Shown here: positions 50,822 through 59,358 of the stretch, piece after piece | How the letters are laid out: every line of letters starts with the position of its first letter | Numbering within the stretch: the first letter of the stretch is position 1 | Origin: an uncultured Bacteroidales bacterium | Lineage (GTDB): Bacteria; Bacteroidota; Bacteroidia; Bacteroidales; GCA-2748055 | Assembly: GCA_963751705.1 (NCBI GenBank) | Contig: CAVVVN010000003.1 | Location: 855,446-919,445, forward strand | Direction of reading: 5' to 3' | DNA length: 64,000 bases | Program-made: the position numbers and the translations under genes | The notes under the pieces: generated by a model | What the model was told of the DNA's origin: nothing | The model's database searches: none | Seen by the model: only the letters and a program-made list of their open reading frames with translations

Positions 50822-52597
50822 ATGCCTTCTACCTTTGTTGAGAAGATTTTTAAGGCACCGGCCGGTTCCATTGTATTTCACCGCCCGGACCTGATCCTGA
50901 CCCACGATAATACCGGTAGCATCCGGCAGACCTTTGAGAAGATGGGAGGTCAGGAACTGCGCGATCCGGATCGGCTCGTGGTGGTACTGGATCACAATGC
51001 GCCACCCACCAGTGCCGCTCTGGCCAACAGTTATCAGGCTATACGTGACTTTGTAACACAACAGGGTGTGGAAAAATTCCACGATGTTGGCAGCGGGATC
51101 TGCCACCAGATCATGGCCCGTTATGCAAAGCCGGGTATGGTGATCGTGGGGAGTGACAGCCACACCTGTACTTCCGGGGCCTTTAATGCCATGGCAGCGG
51201 GCATTGACCGCACAGAAGCTGCCGGATTATGGTTGCGGGGGGAGACCTGGTTCCGGGTACCAGAATCTTTGAAAATAACCCTTGGCGGCAGGCTGAAACA
51301 GGGAGTTTACGCCAAGGATCTGAGCCTTTGGATCATTGGGATCCTGGGATCTGCCGGAGCCAATTACATGTCCATTGAGTTCCACGGGGATGGAGTGCAG
51401 AGCCTGAATATCTCCGACCGGATGACCCTGGCTAACCTGGCATCCGAAATGGGAGCCAAGAATGCGGTATTTCCGGCCGACCAGGTTTTGCTAAATTATC
51501 TTGGAGAAAAGCCCAACGGGGTATGGGCCGATGAAGGAGCTGTTTACGAACGGGAGATCGCCATTGACCTTGGGGAGGTCTATCCTCTGGTAGCCGCCCC
51601 TCATCATGTGGATAATGTGATGGGCCTGGCCGAAGTGGCAGGGATGGACATCCACCAGGGATTGATTGGGACCTGTACCAATGGCAGAATCGAGGATTTA
51701 CGTGAGGCAGCAGTCATTCTTAAGAATCAAAAGGTAAAGGCTGGGGTACAGCTGCTGATCATTCCTGCTTCCAGAGAAATCTATCTGCAGGCCATTGAAG
51801 AGGGTCTGGTTAAAATTTTTCTGGAGGCCGGAGCAAATGTGCTGAGCTCCTCCTGCGGGCCCTGCCTGGGAACAGGGCAGGGGATCCCGGCAGATCATAT
51901 GCGGATAATTTCCTCAGCCAACCGGAATTTCCTGGGCAGAATGGGGAACAAGAATGCCGAAATTTACCTGGCTTCACCGGCTGCCGTCGCCCTCAGTGCC
52001 ATACACGGGAAGATTTCTGATCCCCGTAAACCCAACCAGGGGGCTGAAAAATTTCCATTCCGGAAGCAGCAATCTGGAAGTGTAAGCATAGAGGAAGGTG
52101 AGAGGCGGCGACAAAACGGAGTATGGGCTTACGGGGATGTGGACAATCTGAATACCGACCAGATGTTTGCCGGCAACCTGACCTACGAGGTACAAAGTTC
52201 TGATCCAGAGGCTATAATTCCTCACCTATTTAAGGGTTTTGATTCCTGCTTTGCCGAGGAACTCCAGAAAGGGGATATCATTCTGGGTGGAGATAATTTT
52301 GGCTGCGGTAGCTCCAGGGAACATCCCGCGGTGGGTCTGGCCCATAAAGGGGTAAAAGCTGTGATAGTTAAATCTGTGAACCGCATTTTTTACCGCTCTG
52401 CGGTAAATCAGGGACTGGCTCTTATCGTATTGCCCAAAGCGGTGGCCGCTTACCGGAAGGGCGACCCTGTTGGTATAGATTTTGCCGCAGGAACCGTAAG
52501 TGTAGGAAAGCAGGAGTTTCATTTTGAACCGCTTCCGGAAAAACTGCTGGCGATATTAGAGATGAAAGGGCTGGTAAACTGGATCAGAAACCAGTAG
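50822..52597 (+). CDS. Aconitase-superfamily hydro-lyase, fused large and small subunits, paralog 2
   Basis: 591 aa. GTCTNGR and SSSCGPCLG cluster motifs, a linker, then the small-subunit part (NLNTDQMF...GDNFGCGSSREHP). Confidence 0.8.
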   Translation: MPSTFVEKIFKAPAGSIVFHRPDLILTHDNTGSIRQTFEKMGGQELRDPDRLVVVLDHNAPPTSAALANSYQAIRDFVTQQGVEKFHDVGSGICHQIMARYAKPGMVIVGSDSHTCTSGAFNAMAAGIDRTEAAGLWLRGETWFRVPESLKITLGGRLKQGVYAKDLSLWIIGILGSAGANYMSIEFHGDGVQSLNISDRMTLANLASEMGAKNAVFPADQVLLNYLGEKPNGVWADEGAVYEREIAIDLGEVYPLVAAPHHVDNVMGLAEVAGMDIHQGLIGTCTNGRIEDLREAAVILKNQKVKAGVQLLIIPASREIYLQAIEEGLVKIFLEAGANVLSSSCGPCLGTGQGIPADHMRIISSANRNFLGRMGNKNAEIYLASPAAVALSAIHGKISDPRKPNQGAEKFPFRKQQSGSVSIEEGERRRQNGVWAYGDVDNLNTDQMFAGNLTYEVQSSDPEAIIPHLFKGFDSCFAEELQKGDIILGGDNFGCGSSREHPAVGLAHKGVKAVIVKSVNRIFYRSAVNQGLALIVLPKAVAAYRKGDPVGIDFAAGTVSVGKQEFHFEPLPEKLLAILEMKGLVNWIRNQ

Positions 52598-52608
52598 GAC
52601 TGCTACCT

Positions 52609-52636
52609 GGATCCCTTCCAAAAAGGATTCTTTTTT
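52609..52636 (+). terminator. Rho-independent terminator-like hairpin plus T6
   Basis: GGATCCCTT-ccaaa-AAGGATTC followed by TTTTTT, 12 nt after the stop at 52597. Confidence 0.5.
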
Positions 52637-52637
52637 A

Positions 52638-52645
52638 TATCTTTG
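52638..52645 (+). promoter_or_regulatory. Candidate -7 promoter box (TAnnTTTG) for tRNA-Arg
   Basis: TATCTTTG lies 60 nt upstream of the tRNA 5' end. Confidence 0.3.
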
Positions 52646-52679
52646 CATCCGAAAAACAGGGTTACTCGAAGCAAAGTAT

Positions 52680-52703
52680 CTCGTGAGCTCGTTTCTTCGC
52701 AAC
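52680..52703. repeat. Left arm of the interrupted inverted repeat bracketing tRNA-Arg
   Basis: CTCGTGAGCTC (52680-52690) and CGCAAC (52698-52703) are exact reverse complements of 52833-52843 and 52825-52830. Confidence 0.7.
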
Positions 52704-52705
52704 TC

Positions 52706-52779
52706 GGTTCCGTAGCTCAGTTGGACAGAGCAACAGCCTTCTAAGCTGTGGGTCGCGCGTTCGAATCGCGCCGGAATCA
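52706..52779 (+). tRNA. tRNA-Arg (anticodon TCT)
   Basis: 74-nt cloverleaf. Acceptor GGTTCCG/CGGAATC, D arm GCTC..GAGC, anticodon stem ACAGC/GCTGT with loop CTTCTAA, variable GGGTC, T arm GCGCG-TTCGAAT-CGCGC, discriminator A. No encoded CCA. Confidence 0.9.
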
Positions 52780-52789
52780 CATAAAACAG

Positions 52790-52814
52790 AAAAGCCTCCA
52801 TTTCGGGGGCTTTT
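52790..52814 (+). terminator. Terminator-like hairpin after the tRNA
   Basis: AAAAGCCTCC-atttc-GGGGGCTTTT (one G-T pair), 11 nt after the tRNA 3' end. Confidence 0.5.
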
Positions 52815-52824
52815 CAATTTTAGC

Positions 52825-52843
52825 GTTGCGATGAGCTCACGAG
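52825..52843. repeat. Right arm of the inverted repeat bracketing tRNA-Arg
   Basis: GTTGCG-at-GAGCTCACGAG; see the left arm. Confidence 0.7.
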
Positions 52844-53202
52844 GGACGAAGTCCTGAGTAATCATAAAACGACAAAAGATTCCAGGCCTTCTACATACAC
52901 ACCCCAATAAATCAAAAAAAATAGGACCTCATTTTTTTTCATATCCGTTTCGATCATCTCTCAGCTATCAGTAAACAGGCGATACTCAAATCATTCAAAC
53001 AGGAGTTGCCCCTAATTAGAAGGCCTTGAAATTTATAATTTTATATTGTAAATTATGATTGATAAACAAACCGGAAATGAGGCGATTTGACAAACGCTAT
53101 CCGATGAGCCATCAGTTTTTTGGTTGAAGATGCTCTCTTTTTGCTCAGTAAAGTATTGACTGGGATTCAAAACATTCAAGAAACAATATCAATGGATTCA
53201 TT

Positions 53203-54201
53203 ATGAAAAAGCTTCTGGTTTTAATGGCGATGTCGGCATTTATGTGCAGCACTCTTGGTGCCCAAAACTTGCATCGGGTCAATAACAATACCGATTTCGA
53301 TGCTGATTTTTCCACCCTTCAGGCCGCTGTCACTGCTGCCTCAGATAATGATACCATTTATGTGGAAGGTTCAGCAATAAATTATGAGGGAGCCACGATT
53401 GACAAACCATTGACCATTGTGGGCCCGGGGTTCTTTTTAAGTGAGAACCCGGAAACCCAGGCAAATAATACCAGTGCGACCTTTGATTCCGAAATAACAT
53501 TTACCAGCGGTTCGGAAGGAAGTACCATTATGGGGTGCGATTTTTTATTCGCTAATCTGACCATAAGCGTTAGTGATATCTCTGTAATTAGAAACTATTT
53601 ATATCAAATAGAGTTTACTGGCACCAGCAATAATATTGTAGTAATACAAAACTATGTTTACGCCAACATTAATGCAGGGACCGGGGATATTATGAATTCA
53701 ATCATATCCAATAATATTATTAGAGGTGCGATATATGCACAAAGTACGAGCGGACCATTGATTGTATCGAACAATGTATGCTGGACAACAAACTGGGCTT
53801 ATCCAATTGACTGCCATAATGCAAGCATCCAGAATAATATTATAAGCTATGAATTTTCCACCATCAACCTGAATACAGGCAATACCATCTCCTACAATAT
53901 CCTGGCTGAAGATGGCACTGATGCCAACGGGAACCAGTATAATGTCGATATGGATATGGTATTTGCCGATTTTGACGGAAGCTTACTTCTGAGTACTGAT
54001 GGCAAGTGGGAACTGATGGCAGGTTCCCCTGCACTTGCTGGCGGAAGTGGTGGGGTGGATTGTGGTGCTTTTGGGGGATCGACTCCCTATATTCTATCTG
54101 GCGTGCCCAACCTGCCTCATATTTATGAAGCTGATGTCCCGGCATCTGCCACTTCTGAATCCGGACTTCAGGTGAGTATCAAGGTAAAGAGCGGAGAATA
54201 A
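53203..54201 (+). CDS. Secreted right-handed beta-helix repeat protein (function unknown)
   Basis: Signal peptide MKKLLVLMAMSAFMCSTLGAQ. Periodic NN(I/V)I motifs (IISNNIIRG, IVSNNVCW, IQNNIISY) are typical of parallel beta-helix proteins. Confidence 0.6.
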   Translation: MKKLLVLMAMSAFMCSTLGAQNLHRVNNNTDFDADFSTLQAAVTAASDNDTIYVEGSAINYEGATIDKPLTIVGPGFFLSENPETQANNTSATFDSEITFTSGSEGSTIMGCDFLFANLTISVSDISVIRNYLYQIEFTGTSNNIVVIQNYVYANINAGTGDIMNSIISNNIIRGAIYAQSTSGPLIVSNNVCWTTNWAYPIDCHNASIQNNIISYEFSTINLNTGNTISYNILAEDGTDANGNQYNVDMDMVFADFDGSLLLSTDGKWELMAGSPALAGGSGGVDCGAFGGSTPYILSGVPNLPHIYEADVPASATSESGLQVSIKVKSGE

Positions 54202-54222
54202 ACTGCGTAAAATAAATCAAAG

Positions 54223-55224
54223 ATGAGAAAGGCAACAATCTTATTCATAGCGTTATTTGTTCCGCTGCTTTTTTATGCCCAGGATATTGATTATGCGGAA
54301 TATTTTATTGATTCCGACCCGGGTTTCGGCACAGCCACGCCCATAGCGGTTTCTGCGACAGGAAGCGATATTTACCTGGATTTCAATGCAGATATTGCTG
54401 CCCTTCAGCCAGGGATCCATTACCTGGTAATCAGGGCCCGGGATGATCAGGGACAATGGAGTCAGGGATCAAATACTGTTTTTTATCTTGTTAGGTCCCC
54501 GGATGTCAGTGAGAGCAATATTAATCAGGCCGAATATTTTATCGATACAGATCCGGGTTTTGGAGAGGGTGTCTCCATTCCGGTCCCAACTCCCGGAAAC
54601 GATCTGACACTCGATCTTAGCCCCGGGCTTGAGAGCCTGGATCAGGGCATCCACTACATTCACTTCAGAGCACGAGATGTTTCAGGGAGATGGGGTTCGG
54701 TCGTAAATAGGGTATTCTTAATCGCAGAACTGCCCTCCTCAACCGAATCAGAGATTCAGCAAGTTGAATACTTTATTGATAACGATCCTGGTTTTGGTCT
54801 GGGCACCCAGGTAAGCCTGCCATCAGCCGGAAACGATATGACCATCAATTTCTCTGTTTCCTTAAGCGGATTGTCCGATGGGGACCATGTCCTCTATATA
54901 AGGGCTAAAAATGCCCTGAATAAGTGGGGAATGATCTATGCAGAAAGCTTTTCATATACCCTCGTTGGAATAGGAGAGGAGGAAATGACTTCTCTCTATA
55001 GAATTTATCCAAATCCTACCAGTGGCCACCTGCAGATCGAACTAAGCGATCAGCTCCCAAAGGGGTTCAGGATTAAGCTAATGGATCTGAATGGCAAACC
55101 GGTTTATGAAGGCGAATGCCATAACAATCTGTGTGAATTAAACCTTGAACTTCCAGCAGGAATGTACTTGCTAAATATTGAAACCTCAGAGCGCAGTATT
55201 TCACATAAAATAATTCTGGAATAG
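54223..55224 (+). CDS. T9SS cargo protein with three tandem ~70-aa repeats and a type A (Por) C-terminal sorting domain
   Basis: Signal peptide, then three copies of (A/V)EYFID(S/T/N)DPGFG...G(N/S)D(I/L/M)...G(I/D)H(Y/V)...(I/F)RA(R/K)(D/N). The C-terminus, YPNPTSGHLQIEL...GMYLLNIET...HKIILE, fits the Por_Secre_tail pattern. Confidence 0.75.
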   Translation: MRKATILFIALFVPLLFYAQDIDYAEYFIDSDPGFGTATPIAVSATGSDIYLDFNADIAALQPGIHYLVIRARDDQGQWSQGSNTVFYLVRSPDVSESNINQAEYFIDTDPGFGEGVSIPVPTPGNDLTLDLSPGLESLDQGIHYIHFRARDVSGRWGSVVNRVFLIAELPSSTESEIQQVEYFIDNDPGFGLGTQVSLPSAGNDMTINFSVSLSGLSDGDHVLYIRAKNALNKWGMIYAESFSYTLVGIGEEEMTSLYRIYPNPTSGHLQIELSDQLPKGFRIKLMDLNGKPVYEGECHNNLCELNLELPAGMYLLNIETSERSISHKIILE

Positions 55225-55253
55225 AGATTTATTTTCGCAATAATACTTTAAGT

Positions 55254-55528
55254 TCATTCATCCAGAGGAGGAATAACTCCCATCTGCTGGAGCATCCCGA
55301 GATTATCCATGCTTGCCCAGAGCTCTGCGATCTTTCCATTTTCAATACGGAACACCTCGATACCCTTGACAACGACCGACTTATTCGTGGCCGGGATTCC
55401 CATAAAAGCGCCCTTGTGTGTACAGTTTGCTGTCCAGACTTTTACGACCTTAGCTCCTTCTGCCCCATGATAGTAATAGAAGGAATAAGCCGCAACAGTG
55501 CAAGCAGTGCAAATACGTTCTTTTTCAT
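55254..55528 (-). pseudogene. Truncated, frameshifted SnoaL-like ester cyclase remnant
   Basis: A signal-peptide ORF (MKKNVFALLALL...) stops after 28 codons. Another frame then reads THKGAFMGIPATNKSVVVKGIEVFRIENGKIAELWASMDNLGMLQQMGVIPP, the C-terminal third of SnoaL-like cyclases. Total length is 275 nt, not a multiple of 3. Confidence 0.6.
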
Positions 55529-55570
55529 GATTACCAGGTTTTTAAGTAAACTGATTAGGTTCCTGTCTAA

Positions 55571-55591
55571 ACAAAAAGCCCCTTGGGCTTT
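55571..55591 (-). terminator. Terminator-like hairpin (minus strand)
   Basis: On the minus strand, AAAGCCC-aag-GGGCTTT is followed by TTTGTTT. It lies at the 3' end of the decayed PD40 gene. Confidence 0.4.
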
Positions 55592-55599
55592 GTCGAATG

Positions 55600-57083
55600 A
55601 AAAGACGACTATCTCCAGTCGGCATTTCGCATTGGAAAAAGCCTTTCTGTTCCGTCAGGTCCATACCAATGATTTTGGACCTACATTACTGGATCAAAAA
55701 TATATTTGCGCCATTGGGGGAGAACCTGGGATGTCATTGGTTCCTTTTGTTTTCCGTGGAAAGATCTGTAAGATCACTGAAGCAATATCAATGGAATATG
55801 TGAATCCAGTTGCCTGTTGGTTCCGGAGGAAAATCCGGATACATCTCTGGTAAACCTTTTCCCATCATTGAAAAGGAGGGAGCTTCAATAATTCCAGCCA
55901 GGTTATTACCAGAACACCGGATTGGTCCATCGGAATTCATGAGGTATATTTCGAGTCATTGGGTCAATACCTACGGTCAGAGCTACAATCAGGTTTCCAT
56001 CCGGGGAGTAATCCATATCCCTGAAGTGTCTGTTGGCTGGGGCAGTGGTGATAACTCCCTCAACGGTACCATCATGCTGAATATAGGAGAGTCTGTCATA
56101 ATTTCCATATAATGATCTGTTCTCCAGCGGGTGACCATGCCAGACCTCTTCCTGGATTATTGTAGCCGGTGATTGGTCTCTTTGGATATTTTCATTTGAT
56201 TGGTTCCATCCCTGTTCATGGTAAAAATATGCGGCTCCAGGTTATAGTGAGCTACATAGGCTACCTTGTTGCGAAGAGGACTTAATCTGGGTTGCCAGTC
56301 GTCAGAGTAATTGACGGTCAGTTGCACCAGTATGAGTCTCAAGACTGTCGCTGGAAAAGATTTCATAATCTCCTTCAGCGGTCATCCTGGTGAACATGAA
56401 ACTCATTATCAGGCAGAGGCATGGTCCTGAAAGTAAGTAATTCACTTTTCACGGAAGCATAGGGATCGGAGGCTGTTACCTGCCAGTAATAGACTGTATT
56501 AAAGCTCAGGTTCTCCACGGTAAGCATGCGTGTCGGTGAGTCCTGTAGAACAGCTGTGCGTTTTCGTGATTGGATTCGTAAAGTTCCACATCAAACAGTG
56601 AGGCTATCCTCCGGATTGGCATCATGTTACGGTCCAGCTGAGGGTTAGATTAACCGCTTGATTAATGCTCTCCGTTAGCAGGTGAAAAAGAACCGCTGAA
56701 AACTCAGGAGGATCGTTATATTCACTGCTTCGCTCCATAAGGACCACCACTGTTGTGGTTTTGTCCTTGCTGCACGGAAACTGAAACTGATTCAGAAACA
56801 TATCCGTTTTTCTTGGCAATCAGGTTGTAATCTCCTACTTCAATGGTCTTAAAAATGAAATAGCCAGCACTATCACTGGCAACTGAAACGCTGGGTGGAT
56901 TGGTGGTCAGAACTGCTCCGCTTAGATTTATTTCGGAAGTAAAATCCATAACGGTTCCATCCAGGATACCTATGGCATTGATATCCAGTTTATCTTCATT
57001 GCAGCCCCTGAAGGAATAGAGCACAATAGAGCAGATGTAAACAGAATCAGGATTGCGGATAGCAATTTATTGAAACGTTGCAT
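55600..57083 (-). pseudogene. Multiply frameshifted lipoprotein gene (carboxypeptidase-regulatory-like domain, FN3-like domain, TolB/PD40 beta-propeller repeats)
   Basis: Signal peptide MQRFNKLLSAILILFTSALL is out of frame with ...YSFRGCNEDKLDINAIGILDGTV...GDYNLIAKKNGY. Other frames carry LTVENLSFNTVYYWQVTASD (FN3-like) and PD40-type segments (SPLRNKVAYV...IFTMNRDGTNQ; MDYSPDGNLI; EIYLMNSDG; PSFSNDGKRF). The 3' boundary is approximate. Confidence 0.6.
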
Positions 57084-57107
57084 AGTCAGTATATAACATG
57101 AATACTC

Positions 57108-57133
57108 CGCTTCCCGCTTATTGCCGGGAAGCG
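57108..57133. terminator. Perfect 9-bp hairpin between the curlin pseudogene and the lipoprotein pseudogene
   Basis: CGCTTCCCG-cttattgc-CGGGAAGCG. No clear U-tract on the minus strand. Confidence 0.35.
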
Positions 57134-57142
57134 TTCACTTAT

Positions 57143-57741
57143 TTATAAATGTTGCCCTGGCTGATGGTAATCTTCATACCCAAGCGAGCCGGACTGGTTC
57201 ACCTTGTATCCGATTCCATCCCTGGTTTCTGTCTGGTATAGTTCGTGGTTATTTCCGGTCTGCTTTAATTGAAAATCAAGGAAATCTGCCTCCAGGTACT
57301 GTTCAATAAAATTTCCATCTCCATTCTGGATCACTGTGTTAATGATATGATCGCCATTATGGATCCCTGAAAAACTGTTATCATTTCCTATTTGAACAAT
57401 ATCTGTGGCATTTTGCATGCCTGTCTGACCAAGTTTGGAAATATTATCGTTCCCATCCTGGTAGACTTTTACCAGATTCGGGTCTGTTTTTCGAATACTG
57501 CTGAATAAAGGCCTGGTTCATATCACCCATCTGTTGCAAGGTGATCCTGTTCAGATCTGACAGTTCCAGCTCCTGTTTCAGGGGCTGGTTCTCAATCGAG
57601 ATCGGATCAATATCTCCAGCCTCAATGGTATTTAGGAATGTCAGGCAGTCCTAGGATCCTGGGCGAAAGCCGTCTATGAAGCATCAATAACAAACAACAG
57701 GCACATACCACTCTTACGGCACATTTGATTCTGTATCCCAT
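57143..57741 (-). pseudogene. Frameshifted second curlin-repeat gene (CsgB/CsgA paralog)
   Basis: The start MGYRIKCAVRVVCACCLLLML hits a stop after 39 codons. Other frames give ...AFAQDP, ITLQQMGDMNQAFIQQYSKN, then VKVYQDGNDNISKLGQTGMQNATDIVQIGNDNSFSGIHNGDHIINTVIQNGDGNFIEQ (curlin-type Q/N-G-N repeats). At least 3 frame changes. Confidence 0.65.
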
Positions 57742-57754
57742 AATTGGTTTTTTA

Positions 57755-57789
57755 ATACCCTCCGGTGAATGCGCGCACCGGAGAGGTAT
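57755..57789 (-). terminator. Strong intercistronic hairpin between the two curlin genes
   Basis: ATACCCTCCGGTG-aatgcgcg-CACCGGAGaGGTAT (13-bp stem with one bulge). Confidence 0.4.
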
Positions 57790-57857
57790 TTTAAACAATA
57801 GTTCTATTTATCGAAAGCAATTACATCTGCCTTGTATTGCTCTTAATAGAGTATCAA

Positions 57858-58820
57858 TTAGTAACTAAACGGCAAGCCGGTAGTAGCAGGATCACTCACC
57901 CCGTTAGCTCTCTGAAGAACATTGCTTTTATTCCTGTCACCCATTTGTACGATATCGCTAAAATTATCCCCGCCAATTTGAACTTCCTGGGAGAAATTAC
58001 CCATACCTCTCTGATAGACATTGGCATCATTAGGCATGGCCCTGACTGTATAATACTGCAGCTGGTAGGCCTCGTTGTTTCCTCCACGTTGTTCAATAAA
58101 AGCCTGGTTGACATCAATTCCACGATGACCCATCACAGATCCTACGTCATTGATCTGAACCTGTAAAGCCACGCTACCCCTGCGGGAATTCTGAATGATA
58201 AAAGCATCATTCTGATACCCCACCTGGTCCTGCTGAGCCCTACTGAATTCATCCACCCGGGGACCTTGACGGATTCGTGCATCACTGATATAAGCATGTC
58301 CATCATAAAACTTGGAGGTACCCTGGTATTGATTGGCAATACCACGATCCCCAAGCTGGTTTATTCTTGCATTGTTCCATAAACCTTCCTGTCCCACATC
58401 TGCTGAATTCCCATTTCCATTCTGATCAACATCAGCATTCAGCTTTCCACCGAGAGGGAAAGCGCGGGAGAGGACAATAACTTGATCCACTTTCGCACTG
58501 TTCCTGTTTCCATTTTGGAAGATGTCAGAGGTGTTTTCATCGTATAATTTGGTATAGAGATTCTCCTGACTTACGTTCACTGAATTTCCATTTCCAAACT
58601 GATTGACCTCAGAATTGTTAATACCTGCACCCTCCTGGGAGACAAAGCTCATAGCATTTCGGTCTCCATCGGTGTAGACATTAGAGTAGTTGAGATCTCC
58701 TTCCTGGGTCACTTTAACATAGCTGCCGTTCCCATACTGTTGGATAAGACTCTCATTATTCTGAGCAAATAAAAAGCAAACAGGTAGAAGCAAAGTCAAA
58801 ATAAAAATTGTTTTTTTCAT
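57858..58820 (-). CDS. Curlin-repeat functional-amyloid subunit (CsgA-like), intact
   Basis: 320 aa. Signal peptide MKKTIFILTLLLPVCFLFAQ, then at least 10 imperfect curlin repeats, for example SLIQQYGNGSYVKVTQEG, SEVNQFGNGNSVNVSQ, SDIFQNGNRNSAKVDQ, ADVDQNGNGNSADVGQ, NQAFIEQRGGNNEAYQLQ. Confidence 0.85.
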   Translation of the reverse strand: MKKTIFILTLLLPVCFLFAQNNESLIQQYGNGSYVKVTQEGDLNYSNVYTDGDRNAMSFVSQEGAGINNSEVNQFGNGNSVNVSQENLYTKLYDENTSDIFQNGNRNSAKVDQVIVLSRAFPLGGKLNADVDQNGNGNSADVGQEGLWNNARINQLGDRGIANQYQGTSKFYDGHAYISDARIRQGPRVDEFSRAQQDQVGYQNDAFIIQNSRRGSVALQVQINDVGSVMGHRGIDVNQAFIEQRGGNNEAYQLQYYTVRAMPNDANVYQRGMGNFSQEVQIGGDNFSDIVQMGDRNKSNVLQRANGVSDPATTGLPFSY

Positions 58821-58844
58821 AACTTCTGATTTTGATTAGTAAAT

Positions 58845-58869
58845 GATTATTTAAGATTTGCGCATTAAT
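58845..58869. repeat. Intergenic motif copy A (GATTATTTAAGATTTGCGCATTAAT)
   Basis: The first 19 nt are identical to copy B. It lies between the barrel-gene stop (58870) and the curlin start (58820). Confidence 0.7.
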
Positions 58870-59358
58870 TTATTTTCCTAGATAAAAGTTGATTCCAAGT
58901 TTTATGGTCCACCAAAAGTCGTTGTATTTACCGTTGGCCATCTGATCCACATAATCATCAAACATCCAGTAATACCCGGCACTTAGATCAATCCCGGTTT
59001 TCTCCGATCGGCATAAATTCCCAACCGATGGTGGCATTAGCAAAGCCGTTGTTGCTCCATTCATTCCAGGCCTGTTCCTCCCAGGGTGCAGGGCCCAGAT
59101 TAAACAGAAAGCCTCCTCCGGCTTCTACATAAGGGGTGCTCTTAAAGTCGTTAAGAAGCCTGTATCTAAAATTCAAACGAGAATACTGGACAACCGTGCT
59201 GTAATAATCCTGTGTAGCCAGCTGTCCTGCTCCTAATCCAAGATCAAAGGAAAAGCGGGAATTCTGTAAAAATCCGATGGTGAGTTCTCCCATAGGACCC
59301 ATGGTTCCACCGGGGATAGTCCCCATCGTAAATCATGGTGCCTCCCAATAATCCCAGT
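58870..59358 (-). pseudogene. Frameshifted outer-membrane beta-barrel (OMP_b-brl-like) coding region downstream of, or fused to, csgG
   Basis: Two overlapping track ORFs (58870-59064 and 58988-59326) join as ...FSFDLGLGAGQ...YVEAGGGFLFNLG...NATIGWEFMPIGE|KTGIDLSAGYYWMF...WWTIKLGINFYLGK, with alternating aromatic and hydrophobic strands. I found no signal peptide of its own. A third frame upstream reads YRSGFKLGLLGGTMIYDG. Confidence 0.5.

Noticed and set aside
52829-52856. A hammerhead-ribozyme-like string (GATGAG...CGAAG) downstream of the tRNA.
   Set aside because: The putative stem II would have a 2-nt loop. The CUGA box and the cleavage-site helix are missing. The GAGCTC palindrome is better explained as the right arm of the inverted repeat.
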